From a virus (lineage: Duplodnaviria; Heunggongvirae; Uroviricota; Caudoviricetes), in IMG/VR virus record IMGVR_UViG_3300047666_001531: 64,000 nucleotides of DNA; one strand, written 5' to 3'. Both the position numbers and the translations under genes were made by a program. Position 1 is the first letter of the stretch. The number at the start of each line of letters is the position of its first letter. This document shows positions 19,514 through 30,013 of the stretch, piece by piece. The notes beneath the pieces are model-generated. The model made no database searches. It was not told where the DNA came from and saw only the letters and a list, made by a program, of their open reading frames with translations.

Positions 19514-20242
19514 TTAAAAATCCACCTTACAATCTTTATTTTCGCGAATACTTTTAGAGACACCTGCCCAAAGTATCAAAATAATATATAGCATAATAGC
19601 ATCCATTAAATACCTACCGATAATAGAGTAATACTCTCCAAGATAATAACCAACAGATGTAGAGAATGAAGACTCTATTCCTTTTAAGTAAATATCAAGT
19701 GCATCAACCATTGCATATGCTGTGTAAAGTATTGCCATGTAACGCAAGCCTTTTAATACAAGTATCGAGGTAATGGATTTTTTTGTTGATTCTGCAAGGT
19801 TATCTGAAAAGTATCGACGCCAACCCGTCTTGCCTAGTTTTGAGCATATTATAAACGCCAAAATATCTCTATGTAAAAAGATGTAGTACCCTAAAATATA
19901 AACAAAAGGGAATATTAATGTTTGAGCTATAGCTGAGCCATTAAATGTGGACAAGACTAAGAATATAACAAACGTTTGAACAATAAAAATTAACAGCAGC
20001 GATATTGCGGGGTTCTTGTAGTGACTGCCACGCGAGAATATAGATGCAACTACCACTGTAAAAAGGAATAACGCAAGAAAGATACCGCCACGGACATGGA
20101 TTGAATTCATCGTTTGGTTGTTTGCCGCCAATATTAAATCAATGGCCACACTAGAAATAAAAACCAAAGCAAGAACAAAGGCTGTAAAGCCAATTTGAAC
20201 ATATTTTTTTTGAGATGAAGCTAATAGCAGTAGTGTTTCCAT
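19514..20242 (-). CDS. Polytopic membrane protein of unknown function
   Basis: 242 aa, about 6-7 hydrophobic segments, AGGA RBS. Confidence 0.75.
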   Translation of the reverse strand: METLLLLASSQKKYVQIGFTAFVLALVFISSVAIDLILAANNQTMNSIHVRGGIFLALFLFTVVVASIFSRGSHYKNPAISLLLIFIVQTFVIFLVLSTFNGSAIAQTLIFPFVYILGYYIFLHRDILAFIICSKLGKTGWRRYFSDNLAESTKKSITSILVLKGLRYMAILYTAYAMVDALDIYLKGIESSFSTSVGYYLGEYYSIIGRYLMDAIMLYIILILWAGVSKSIRENKDCKVDF

Positions 20243-20274
20243 GCTGTTCCTACGTTATTACTGTTTATAATTAT

Positions 20275-20706
20275 TTATGCGACAGCACAAATGTTAAACG
20301 GCTGTCGATTATTATTAATATGATATTCACATAAACGATCATCCAATGCAATAAAACTATTTATATGGTTTATTGTTATAGGCTCAATATTGGTAATGTA
20401 ATAATTGAACTCTACGTTGCCAATGCTTATGTCACTTGTTTTCTCTATTGCGCTCAACAAAGCAGCTAAGGGCTTTTCAAAAAGAGAAATATCTGCACTG
20501 CGGTAAATGACAGATGTTTGAAAATTCATTCTGCCGAACAAATGGTTTTTCGGGGTGGTAATGATATCTAGTTGGAAAGCATACTCACCTTTGAAGCAAA
20601 CTTTTGAGAAAAGTAGCGTTACTTTACCGTTAGAACCGCCTTTTTCAATAGACGGAATAAGTCTTTCTTTGCATCTGCTGATAGTGGTGCTTGGTGGAGT
20701 AAACAT
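20275..20706 (-). CDS. Hypothetical protein
   Basis: 143 aa ORF, AAGGA RBS. Confidence 0.65.
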   Translation of the reverse strand: MFTPPSTTISRCKERLIPSIEKGGSNGKVTLLFSKVCFKGEYAFQLDIITTPKNHLFGRMNFQTSVIYRSADISLFEKPLAALLSAIEKTSDISIGNVEFNYYITNIEPITINHINSFIALDDRLCEYHINNNRQPFNICAVA

Positions 20707-20755
20707 ACTGATTCCTTAAGTTTCTAACACTATAGTACACTATTTACAAATAATG

Positions 20756-21994
20756 TCAATATGATAATGCTTTTTTGCCTCGCCATGGTGCAGATAAAAA
20801 TCTAGGGTTAATGACTTTATCGTCAAAGCGAACAAAAGAAGATCGAATGTATTCCCAAATCATATCGGTACATATCCAACGTCTACCATGTATTTCTGCG
20901 GCATGACCGGTTGTTAAGGTTCCACCAAATGGGTCACAAATAAGGTCGCCTTCTTGACTTAAAAATTTAACCAACTTTTCAGCTAAGGGTAATGGCATTT
21001 TTGCTGCGTGGGCTGGTATACCTAAAGTCTTTGCATACGCGGAAACGGCACGTCCTTCTTTGCAATAGTTTGAGAAGTTAAATACGTTCTGAGGGATTTT
21101 GCCTGCTGTTTCTTTACTGTAGCTGCCAACTTTTTTGACATATGCGCCATCGCCGTTAACAGCATGTTTTTTCGTGCCGCCGCTTCGCACAAATTTTAAA
21201 TGCTGTTCACTATGGGGTTCAAGTATTCGTTGATTGTTTGATATACAAGCAAGAGGGTCGTTTGTGAACCAGTAAATAGGTTCGTACCCTGTGTGCAGTT
21301 GATATCTGTTCTTAGACGCCCATTGATAGGGACCTGGTGGCTTGTTGGTGCAAGTCCATGGGATCCTGTCCATCAAGGACAAGCCTAATTCATCTTTAAA
21401 CTTGATCACTAGACGTTCGAGATAATCAGAGCGAGCAGGAGAACAGTCTTCGAAGATATCTTGTGAAAGGTTGATTGCGATGTTGCCGCCTTTTGCGAGT
21501 TTGGCAACTAAAGGCTCAAACGATTCAAGAATGAATTCAATGTATTTTGTTGTGCTCATATGTTCGCCATAGGCACGTTGAACTTTTAATGGATAAGGTG
21601 GCGATGTAATAATGGCATGTATTTCATCTTCAAGGATGTTGCTATCAAAAATAGTGCTAGATTTCGCCCAAATTGCAACGCCAAGTGACGTAGACATGGC
21701 CACCATATGGTTGGCTGCTTCAATGCTGTGAAGTTCGATGTTTTTTTTACCGGTGAGCTGCCAGTGTCCGCGCTTAATAGAACGTATAGAGCCGTCAAGC
21801 TTAAGGTTTTGTTGCGCCCAGCGTATCTTTCTATGTAATAGGTTTCGTTGGGTTTTGGATTTTCCTACGGGCTTTATTTCCGCTTGTACTCCAACCGCCT
21901 TTTGCACTTCGTTGTACACATGATCATTGGCAACAGCATCTTTTGTGTTGGCATATATATCAAGTAATATCCGTTCAATAGATGCTGTTTTCAT
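20756..21994 (-). CDS. Beta-class (likely N4-cytosine) DNA methyltransferase with Mrr_N-like N-terminal domain
   Basis: Motif IV TSPPY precedes motif I DPFGG; N-domain KIRWAQQNLKLDG...RGHWQLT; ATG 21994 has a GAGG RBS and avoids overlap with the upstream gene. Confidence 0.85.
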   Translation of the reverse strand: MKTASIERILLDIYANTKDAVANDHVYNEVQKAVGVQAEIKPVGKSKTQRNLLHRKIRWAQQNLKLDGSIRSIKRGHWQLTGKKNIELHSIEAANHMVAMSTSLGVAIWAKSSTIFDSNILEDEIHAIITSPPYPLKVQRAYGEHMSTTKYIEFILESFEPLVAKLAKGGNIAINLSQDIFEDCSPARSDYLERLVIKFKDELGLSLMDRIPWTCTNKPPGPYQWASKNRYQLHTGYEPIYWFTNDPLACISNNQRILEPHSEQHLKFVRSGGTKKHAVNGDGAYVKKVGSYSKETAGKIPQNVFNFSNYCKEGRAVSAYAKTLGIPAHAAKMPLPLAEKLVKFLSQEGDLICDPFGGTLTTGHAAEIHGRRWICTDMIWEYIRSSFVRFDDKVINPRFLSAPWRGKKALSY

Positions 21995-21998
21995 TGGT

Positions 21999-23012
21999 TT
22001 AACCTCGTCCACAACCTTTAGGGATAGGCCAGCTCCGCGATTGAACTTTGCTTTTAAGAGTTGCTTGAACAGGGAATTCAATGTTTGCTATTGCTTCAAT
22101 GTCACTAACGGATACGAGATAGTCGTCGAGCTTATTTTTCTTTGCTTGAAAATCGTTTGGGACAATCCAAGCAATGGTTTCGCCAGTATCATGTCGTGCA
22201 ATGATTTTATAAAACGCATCGGGGGTTTTGACGCCGTGTGAGCGAACAAAGTGATCGTTTGATGTATCATCGCCCCATACAGAGCCGCCATAAATAGTGA
22301 TGTCACTAATATCACGATAGCATTCTGTGATGTACTCTGTTTGATACCATGCCCCTGTATTCATTGTGCCTGTTTGCGGCATGATGTTGGTCATGTAATT
22401 TGATTCAAAAATCGCTTTTTTACTATCATCTAGATTGTTAGCTGGCGCTTGGTGTCCACGATGCCAAGATTCACCTCTTTTTTTGTAGGTGTCTGCGCTT
22501 TTTTGTTGGCACCGCTTTGGCACCTTAGGATCTAGGTCGAAGTCATGACGTCTTTTAAAGTTGCCCGTGTCTTTTGAAAGTGAGTAAGTGAAGTACTCTG
22601 CGCCACGGAGGTCGCAATTCAACCAAACGGTAAAGCCGGTGTAATCTAGCTTGATGATTTCGTCATTTTTCGTGTCATTAGCTAACCATTGGCCGGTTTT
22701 AACACGAGGTGTTGAAGTCGTTGTTGCTGGCTTTGGCTTGTGAGTAGTTTTTGGCGTTGTAACGGCAATATCGTTAGTGTGTATATCTTCTTCATTATAT
22801 TCGCGTATTTGCGTGTACCCTTTAGGTAATCGGGCGTTCTGGGTTTTTAAACACTGTTTAAGCGAGTTAAATGGTACGAAGTTTGATAGTTTACTGTAAT
22901 AAGGTGAGTCGGGTGCATGGCATATGCCGGATGCAGACTTTTTTATCAGTGAAGCGTGTGAGTTAAAACTAAGTGTGGCAATTGCCAACACTAAAAAAGT
23001 GCGTTTAATCAT
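21999..23012 (-). CDS. Secreted DNA/RNA non-specific endonuclease (NucA/His-Me finger family) with small N-terminal Cys/His domain
   Basis: Signal peptide; HRGHQAPA, MTNIMPQ...MNTGAW, TPDAFYKII motifs. Confidence 0.9.
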   Translation of the reverse strand: MIKRTFLVLAIATLSFNSHASLIKKSASGICHAPDSPYYSKLSNFVPFNSLKQCLKTQNARLPKGYTQIREYNEEDIHTNDIAVTTPKTTHKPKPATTTSTPRVKTGQWLANDTKNDEIIKLDYTGFTVWLNCDLRGAEYFTYSLSKDTGNFKRRHDFDLDPKVPKRCQQKSADTYKKRGESWHRGHQAPANNLDDSKKAIFESNYMTNIMPQTGTMNTGAWYQTEYITECYRDISDITIYGGSVWGDDTSNDHFVRSHGVKTPDAFYKIIARHDTGETIAWIVPNDFQAKKNKLDDYLVSVSDIEAIANIEFPVQATLKSKVQSRSWPIPKGCGRG

Positions 23013-23256
23013 TTTTTTTGATCCCTTTAAATAGATGGCTTAATATTATCATATTGATAATTAAAGTCAAGCTATTATCATAATAAAACGAAGGTGGCAG
23101 TTGTGGTTTTCCGTGATAAAATACGATAAACGTCACAACGGATTGTGGCGCTTGGGGATTGATAAAGACTGCTAAAGCGTGTAGTATTTTGCCCCTATAT
23201 TATTTCACACAAGGGATGGCACGATGCCATGTCGTGTTTACTATGAAGGTATTGAT

Positions 23257-25563
23257 ATGATTAGAGTAGAAAAGCGCAAGGGCGTTTTTGAAGAGCTTGA
23301 TTTGGAGAAGATCCATAAGGTTGTCGCGTGGGCGGCTGAAGGTCTTCAAAATGTGTCAGTGTCACAAGTTGAACTTAAAGCCCATTTACAGTTTTTTGAT
23401 GGCATAAAAACTGAAGACATCCATGATACGTTAACCAAATCCGCTGCGGATTTAATAAGCGAAGAAAGTACTGAGTATCAGTACTTATCGGCTCGTTTAG
23501 AAATGTTTCATTTACGCAAGCGTGCTTATGGCCAATTTGAGCCGCCGCATCTTGTAGAGCATGTAACTAACCTTGTTAATATGGGTAAGTATGATGCGTC
23601 GATTATTGAAGACTATACTACTGAAGAATTGAATGAGTTAGATAGTTATATCGACCATAGCCGTGATATGAACTTTAGTTATGCGGGTTTGCAGCAGTTG
23701 AAAGGTAAATACCTTGTTCAAGATCGTGCATCAAAAGAAAAGCGTAACCCAATTTACGAAAGTCCACAATTTTTATACATATTGGTTTCTGCCTGTTTGT
23801 TTTCATCGTACCCTAAAGCCACACGTCTTGATTACGTTAAGCGTTTTTACGATGCTATCTCAACGTTTAAGCTTTCATTGCCTACGCCTATTATGGGCGG
23901 CGTTCGCACACCGACACGTCAGTTTAGCTCTTGTGTGTTGATTGAAGCGGGTGATAACCTTGATATGATCAATGCCGCTAACAATGCTATTGTTAAATAT
24001 GTAAGTCAGCGAGCGGGTATAGGTGTCAATGCAGGTCGCATTCGTGCTTTAGGTAGTCCTATTCGTGGTGGTGAAGCTTTCCATACGGGTTGTATTCCTT
24101 TTTACAAACTTTTCCAAGCCGGTGTGAAATCTTGTTCACAAGGTGGTTTACGTGGTGGTGCGGCAACATTGTTCTATCCGTTGTGGCATTTGGAAGTAGA
24201 GTCACTGTTGGTTTTGAAAAATAACCGTGGCGTTGAAGAAAATCGTGTTCGTCATTTAGATTATGGTGTTCAGTTAAACAAACTGATGTATACTCGTTTG
24301 ATCAAAGGCGAAAATATAACTTTATTTAGTCCGTCAGATGTTCCTGGGTTGTATGATGCTTTCTTTGAAGATCAGGATAAGTTTGAAGCGCTTTATGTTA
24401 AATATGAAGCTGATGAGTCTATCCGTAAGACAACTGTCAAGGCGATTGACCTATTTACATTGGTAGCGCAAGAGCGTGCAAGTACCGGTCGGATCTATAT
24501 TCAAAACGTAGATCACTGTAATACACATAGCCCTTTCATTACTGAAGTAGCACCAATTCGTCAAAGTAACCTTTGTCTGGAAATTGCGTTGCCGACAAAA
24601 CCGTCTGAAGATTTCAATGGTGATGAAGGTGAAATTGCCCTGTGTACGCTTTCAGCGTTTAACTTGGGTGCGATTGAGTCACTTGATGATTTTGAAGAGT
24701 TAGCTGATTTAGCTGTTCGTGCGTTAGATCAATTGTTGGATTACCAAGACTACCCACTTAAAGCGGCTGAAAGAAGCTCGAAAGGTCGTCGTACACTTGG
24801 TATTGGTGTGGTTAACACCGCTAACTACTTTGTTAAGAATGGCGTTAAGTACTCTGATGGCTCTGCAAACAATCTTGTGCATGAAACGTTTGAAGCGATG
24901 CAGTACTACTTGATGAAAGCGTCAGTACAATTGGCTAAAGAATACGGTGCATGTCCGTTATTCCATGAAACGAAGTTGTCACAAGGTATTTTGCCGATCG
25001 ACACTTATAAGAAGAATGTAGATTCTTTACATACGACTTCGTTGAAATTGGACTGGGAAACATTACGTGCAGATATTGTTCAATACGGTGTTCGTAACTC
25101 AACAGTATCAGCGTTAATGCCTTCTGAGACAAGTTCTCAGGTGTCCAATGCAACTAACGGTATCGAGCCGCCACGTGGTTTGGTTACGGTAAAAAGCAGT
25201 AAAGATGGTGTGTTTAGTCAAGTTGTGCCTGATTTTGATAAGCATAAAGATGATTACGAAACCGTTTGGGAAATCAAAGATAACAAAGGTTATCTTGAAA
25301 TTGTTGCATTGATGCAAAAGTTTGTAGACCAAACGATTTCGGCAAACACCAATTACGATCCGAAGAACTACCCAGGTGATAAAGTGCCAGCAAAACTTAT
25401 TTTGCAAGACATTTTAACTGGTTACAAAATGGGTATAAAAACGTTTTATTATCACAACACACGTGATCATGCGAGTGAAGAAGTTGTTGATGATAAGCCA
25501 AACACCGTCATTGAAGCGCCGGTGAATGATGATAACGACTGTGGGGAATCTTGTAAAATATGA
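23257..25563 (+). CDS. nrdA: Class Ia ribonucleoside-diphosphate reductase alpha subunit
   Basis: ATP-cone N-terminus, PTPIMGG, SSCVLI, QSNLCLEI, KTFYY, C-terminal CGESCKI; no intein or intron visible. Confidence 0.97.
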   Translation: MIRVEKRKGVFEELDLEKIHKVVAWAAEGLQNVSVSQVELKAHLQFFDGIKTEDIHDTLTKSAADLISEESTEYQYLSARLEMFHLRKRAYGQFEPPHLVEHVTNLVNMGKYDASIIEDYTTEELNELDSYIDHSRDMNFSYAGLQQLKGKYLVQDRASKEKRNPIYESPQFLYILVSACLFSSYPKATRLDYVKRFYDAISTFKLSLPTPIMGGVRTPTRQFSSCVLIEAGDNLDMINAANNAIVKYVSQRAGIGVNAGRIRALGSPIRGGEAFHTGCIPFYKLFQAGVKSCSQGGLRGGAATLFYPLWHLEVESLLVLKNNRGVEENRVRHLDYGVQLNKLMYTRLIKGENITLFSPSDVPGLYDAFFEDQDKFEALYVKYEADESIRKTTVKAIDLFTLVAQERASTGRIYIQNVDHCNTHSPFITEVAPIRQSNLCLEIALPTKPSEDFNGDEGEIALCTLSAFNLGAIESLDDFEELADLAVRALDQLLDYQDYPLKAAERSSKGRRTLGIGVVNTANYFVKNGVKYSDGSANNLVHETFEAMQYYLMKASVQLAKEYGACPLFHETKLSQGILPIDTYKKNVDSLHTTSLKLDWETLRADIVQYGVRNSTVSALMPSETSSQVSNATNGIEPPRGLVTVKSSKDGVFSQVVPDFDKHKDDYETVWEIKDNKGYLEIVALMQKFVDQTISANTNYDPKNYPGDKVPAKLILQDILTGYKMGIKTFYYHNTRDHASEEVVDDKPNTVIEAPVNDDNDCGESCKI

Positions 25564-25650
25564 GACCATAGATAGGCGCAGTAAGGTCAACAGCAGCCTC
25601 TTTAATCAGAGGCTGTTTTAATTTATAAAAGCAAAAAAAGGAAATCGATC

Positions 25651-26154
25651 ATGAAAATTAATATGATTGCAGCGATGGACTCGGCGCGAGCTATCGGTAA
25701 GAAAAACACGTTGCCGTGGAGAATCCCAAGCGACTTGCAACGATTTAAGCGCCTGACACTTGATAAGGTTATTGTCATGGGTTATACGACGTTTAAAAGC
25801 CTCCCAGGTGTGTTGCCTCAACGTGAACATTGGGTGTTGAGTACAAAAGAGCGAGACCTTCCTGAAGGGGTAGTGTTGTTCTCTACAATTGATGATTTAC
25901 TTAAAGAAGCCCATAGACGTGGTCTTGAAGAGTTATGGATTGTAGGTGGTGCTAATGTGTATGAGCAGTTTTTGCCGTTAGCAGATGCTTTGCTCTTGAC
26001 GCAAGTTGAGACGGAAGTCGATGGTGCTGACACATATTTTCCCGATTGGGATGATATGGGCTTTAAAATGGAAAAGTCGGAAATTGGTATGCAAAAACCA
26101 GATGACGAATTTTATTTTGAGTATGAGCTGTGGACTCGAACAAAGAAAAAGTAA
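25651..26154 (+). CDS. folA: Dihydrofolate reductase
   Basis: IAAM...IGKKNTLPWRIPSDLQRFK, MGYTTFKSL...LPQR, IVGGANVY, DTYFP. Confidence 0.95.
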   Translation: MKINMIAAMDSARAIGKKNTLPWRIPSDLQRFKRLTLDKVIVMGYTTFKSLPGVLPQREHWVLSTKERDLPEGVVLFSTIDDLLKEAHRRGLEELWIVGGANVYEQFLPLADALLLTQVETEVDGADTYFPDWDDMGFKMEKSEIGMQKPDDEFYFEYELWTRTKKK

Positions 26155-26168
26155 GTTAAATCCCGTAG

Positions 26169-26480
26169 GTGGCTTTGTGTTACTTACGGGGTATATTTAT
26201 ACAATGGTGGTGCAAGGAAGTGTCGCTATTAACGTTATTCATAGGAATTGCCATGGAAGGCAGCGTAAAGGTGTGTGCAAGCATCCCTATTGCACCTCAA
26301 AGCTTTATAGCAAAAACAGTGGTACTAGCTAACCCTTTAGTGGAGCGTGTTTATAGTGCTGTTAGTGGTGGGGAGTTATACCTTACCTATCAGTTACACC
26401 CACACGCCACGCCCATTCAAAAAATATCTGTTGATATGCAAATTAATCGTCTTGGAACACAAATAAATGAGTTTATTTGA
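26169..26480 (+). CDS. Hypothetical (possibly membrane-anchored) protein
   Basis: 103 aa ORF between folA and ligA; start uncertain. Confidence 0.4.
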   Translation: MALCYLRGIFIQWWCKEVSLLTLFIGIAMEGSVKVCASIPIAPQSFIAKTVVLANPLVERVYSAVSGGELYLTYQLHPHATPIQKISVDMQINRLGTQINEFI

Positions 26481-26547
26481 TTGACAAATAATTTCAAAAT
26501 GATAAGATGGTTGTCATAAAATACATACAACTCGAAAAGGCAAATTG

Positions 26548-28413
26548 ATGAAAATATTATCGTTGGAAGAACTACGAAACTTAGATGCTGATGGCATTGC
26601 GGCTCAATTATCACACCTTAACAAAGCGTACAGAAGTGGTGAGCCACTGGTTACGGATCATCAATATGACATGATGAGAAAAGTATTGGTTGATATGGCT
26701 CCATCTCACCCATTTATCCTTTCTGTTGAGCCAGAAGTTGCGTTAGACGGAAAAGGTCGCGTAAGTCACGTTAAACCTATGTTGAGTACGGACAAAGCGT
26801 ATACAGCAGATGAGGTAGGGAAGTGGGCGGAGAAAGTTGCCGCTTATGCTCGTGAAAATGGTTATGGTGAAGTTGAATTTAGATTAACCCCGAAATTAGA
26901 TGGTTGCGCGGGTAGCCATTTACCTGAAGCGAAAGCTAAGTTTGTTACGCGTGGTGACGGTCAATTTGGTAATGATTTTACCTCGCTTGGTGAGCAGAGT
27001 GTTTTTGTTGGTGATTCAAGTATTCCATCTGTTGGTGAGCTTATTTGTGATGAGCTTTATTATCAAGATACGCTCAAAAATCAAGGTGTTAAGCATCCAC
27101 GTAGCTTTATCAGTGGCTTGCTTGGTGCTGATGATATTAGTGAAATCGGTCAAAAAGCACTTGATGATGGTGCGGTACATTTTGTGAGTTACACAAACAT
27201 GGCGGGTATGCGTGTTTATACACTGAGCGAGTTTAAGGCAGTTTTGTCAGACTTGGAATCGGTTGAAGTTGAAATTACATCTGAGTGTCCGTATCGAACT
27301 GATGGTGTTGTTATTCAGGCGCATAGCGATGAATTGTTTGCTGAGATGGGTAATAACGGTTCGTTTCATTATGCTCAGATTGCAAAGAAAATTGCGGGTG
27401 AGCCACTAGAGACCGTTTGTACGGATGTTAATTATCAAATTGGACGGACAGGTCGATTGACGCCAGTTCTTATTGTTGAACCGCTTGATTTTGATGGTTC
27501 AACTGTTTCAAAAGCAACAGCCCATCATGCTGGCAATGTGGAGCGTTTAGGTATTGGTAAAGGTGCAGTTGTGACCTTGATAAAGAGTGGTGAGATAATC
27601 CCGAAGATAATTTCAGTGCTAAAAAAATCAGAAAACCCAATTATTCCTGATGTTTGTCCATCTTGTAAAAGTGTTCCAGTGTGGGTTAACCAGTTCCTTG
27701 AGTGTCAAAACACCTCGTGTAATGGTCGTGTTGCCGCGCATTTACGTTTCTTCACTAAAACGCTTGGTATGGACTTGATTGGTTATAAAGCCTCTGAAAA
27801 GCTCTCTGAAGCCGGTGTCACTGCAATTAAATTGTTGTCGATAACCGATGCGCAGTTGCAGGAAATTGGCTTTGGTTCTGGGCAGTCTGCCAATATTATT
27901 TCTGAGATAGAGCGGATCAAGTCTTTCCCTATCGAAGATTATAAGCTTTTGGCGTCAGTGGGTATTAGAATGCTAGGCAATCGAGCCAGCAAAGATTTGC
28001 TTAAAGATACGCCTATTTCTGAGATCGCAAATATCACCCGTGCAAAAATAGTTAACACCGATGGATTTGCAGATAAAAAAGCCACTGCAATTCTCGCTGG
28101 TGTTGTTGAACACAAAGAGCTGTTAGAAGCATTAGGGAATTTCTTCACCGAAATCAAAGGCAGCAAAATTGAAGTGACTGAGTCGTCTATTACTGGGCTT
28201 AACTTAGTGTTTACCGGTAAGATGTTGCAAGGTAGTCGTGATGATATGAGTGCTAATGCAGAAAAACTTGGCGCTAATGTGCAAAGTGGAGTTAGCGGTA
28301 AAACGAATTACTTGGTTGCTGGCGAAAAAGTGGGAGCATCTAAGCTTGCCAAAGCTGAAAAGCATCGTGTACAAGTTATTAGCGAGCAAGAATACCTAGA
28401 TATGATTGGCTAA
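26548..28413 (+). CDS. ligA: NAD+-dependent DNA ligase
   Basis: MLSTDKAY, TPKLDG adenylation motif, TRGDG, TDGVVI, QIGRTGRLTP, C4 zinc finger, C-terminal BRCT (LVFTG...GASKLAKA). Confidence 0.95.
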   Translation: MKILSLEELRNLDADGIAAQLSHLNKAYRSGEPLVTDHQYDMMRKVLVDMAPSHPFILSVEPEVALDGKGRVSHVKPMLSTDKAYTADEVGKWAEKVAAYARENGYGEVEFRLTPKLDGCAGSHLPEAKAKFVTRGDGQFGNDFTSLGEQSVFVGDSSIPSVGELICDELYYQDTLKNQGVKHPRSFISGLLGADDISEIGQKALDDGAVHFVSYTNMAGMRVYTLSEFKAVLSDLESVEVEITSECPYRTDGVVIQAHSDELFAEMGNNGSFHYAQIAKKIAGEPLETVCTDVNYQIGRTGRLTPVLIVEPLDFDGSTVSKATAHHAGNVERLGIGKGAVVTLIKSGEIIPKIISVLKKSENPIIPDVCPSCKSVPVWVNQFLECQNTSCNGRVAAHLRFFTKTLGMDLIGYKASEKLSEAGVTAIKLLSITDAQLQEIGFGSGQSANIISEIERIKSFPIEDYKLLASVGIRMLGNRASKDLLKDTPISEIANITRAKIVNTDGFADKKATAILAGVVEHKELLEALGNFFTEIKGSKIEVTESSITGLNLVFTGKMLQGSRDDMSANAEKLGANVQSGVSGKTNYLVAGEKVGASKLAKAEKHRVQVISEQEYLDMIG

Positions 28414-28577
28414 TAGTGTAGTTGAACTGAAAAAAAAGCGTCCTTGATTGGGCGCTTTTTGCTTTGTGTTGTTTGATAATCAATTTTAAATTATCATAAT
28501 GAAATATTTTGGTGGACTTTTTGTGTGCGTGTGGTATACTTTATCATATTAAACAGTAGTATTTAAAGGGGCTTCCA

Positions 28578-29444
28578 TTGGAACCAACCGTATTCATTTT
28601 CGATATATTTAGTCATTTCAATCGTATTTGGAATGTAAAAACTAAAGATGGTATTCCAAACGATGCAATGAGCTTTCGTAACGGAGAGCCGGTGTTTTGT
28701 TTAAAGCCCTTGCTTAACCTTGTTCAAAATGAGATTAGAGCTATGGAAAGAATGGGTATTGTTAATACTCATATAGCGATAGTGTTCGATCCAATTGGTA
28801 AAAACTTTAGACACGACCTGTTCCCAGATTATAAGGGGAATCGCCCCCCTAAGCTTCCAGAGCGTAAACGCCAAGAAGAGCTTATTTACGAAATGTTCCA
28901 AGCATTAGGGTATCCATGCTTGCGAGTAGACGGTGTAGAGGCTGATGATGTTATTGCAACACTTGCAGTAAAGCTATCAGCAAATAACATTAAGTCTTAC
29001 CTGTTTACCGGTGATAAAGATATTATGTCATTGTGTGACAGCAATACCTTTGTTTATGCAGGGGTTCAAAAGAAACTGTTTAGTGAACGTGAAGTAAGAC
29101 TTAAATTTAACTTACCACCAGAGCGTATTATAGATTTCTTAGCCATGATGGGTGATACAGCCGATAACATTGCAGGCATTAAAGGTGTAGGTGGGAAGTC
29201 AGCTACAAAAATGCTGACTAAATTTACGCTTGACGAAATACTTGCAGAGCCAGACATTGTTGCCGACATGGGTGTTCGTGGTGTTAAAGGCATGATCAAG
29301 ACAATGAAAGAAGATAGAGATAGTATATTCTTGATGCGAAAGCTTGTAGGGTTAAAAACCGACGTTCAGTTAGACACCAACTTAAAAGAACTTGTTTGTA
29401 TGCCTAGTGACAAATCGGTTTTTCTGAATGGGTTTTTGAATTAA
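28578..29444 (+). CDS. 5'-3' exonuclease / flap endonuclease (Pol I N-domain-like)
   Basis: FRHDLFPDYKGNR, EADDVIATL, TGDKD, GDTADNIAGIKGVG. Confidence 0.92.
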   Translation: MEPTVFIFDIFSHFNRIWNVKTKDGIPNDAMSFRNGEPVFCLKPLLNLVQNEIRAMERMGIVNTHIAIVFDPIGKNFRHDLFPDYKGNRPPKLPERKRQEELIYEMFQALGYPCLRVDGVEADDVIATLAVKLSANNIKSYLFTGDKDIMSLCDSNTFVYAGVQKKLFSEREVRLKFNLPPERIIDFLAMMGDTADNIAGIKGVGGKSATKMLTKFTLDEILAEPDIVADMGVRGVKGMIKTMKEDRDSIFLMRKLVGLKTDVQLDTNLKELVCMPSDKSVFLNGFLN

Positions 29445-29848
29445 GCTGCACAACCTACTTGTTGTTCGTCTTTAAGTGCGTTTATTTTGTCGATAATAAC
29501 TTTCGCATCAGTGAGTACATCTGAGAACATAAGATTATCTTCCAAGTTCAATATTGATTCAGCTGTTTTATCAAGGTTTGGTTTGTCTCTTGTACCCGCA
29601 AAAATGCCATCTCGAACAAAAGCAACTTTCAACTTGTTTATATCAAAATGATAATCAGAAAGAGCTTCTACCATTTCCCAACGGTAAGTCCTAAAAAACA
29701 GTCCTAACAACTTATCAGCCTTCCCACCTAGCTCTCGGTTAAAAACCAAGTCATTGTGGTGTGAGATTAGTTTCTCAGCTAGCTTTCGCGCAAGTATGCT
29801 TTTTTTACTTTCGTACATTTTCATAAATCCGATTAAAATGCTCCTCAT
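29441..29848 (-). CDS. Hypothetical protein
   Basis: 135 aa ORF. Confidence 0.6.
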   Translation of the reverse strand: MRSILIGFMKMYESKKSILARKLAEKLISHHNDLVFNRELGGKADKLLGLFFRTYRWEMVEALSDYHFDINKLKVAFVRDGIFAGTRDKPNLDKTAESILNLEDNLMFSDVLTDAKVIIDKINALKDEQQVGCAA

Positions 29849-30013
29849 GGAACCTTAGGTATAACAAATCCCTATTAGCAGATAAACCCCTTCAAGATGA
29901 TTTAAAGCGATAAGCCAGTGTTAGCTGCTATAAATTAAGGCCTCATGAATTGCTGTCAGAGGTTATTTATGTGATAAGTTTTATGTAATCAAAAAAGGAT
30001 TTTGGGTTATTAC

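Noticed and set aside
20756-23012. Restriction-modification pair (MTase plus neighbouring nuclease)
   Set aside because: The nuclease has a signal peptide and non-specific NucA-type motifs
23257-25563. Intein or group I intron in nrdA
   Set aside because: Continuous ORF of normal length with no splicing motifs
25651-26154. Trimethoprim-resistance dfr cassette
   Set aside because: No integron or IS context; sits in a nucleotide-metabolism cluster; resistance cannot be inferred from sequence by eye
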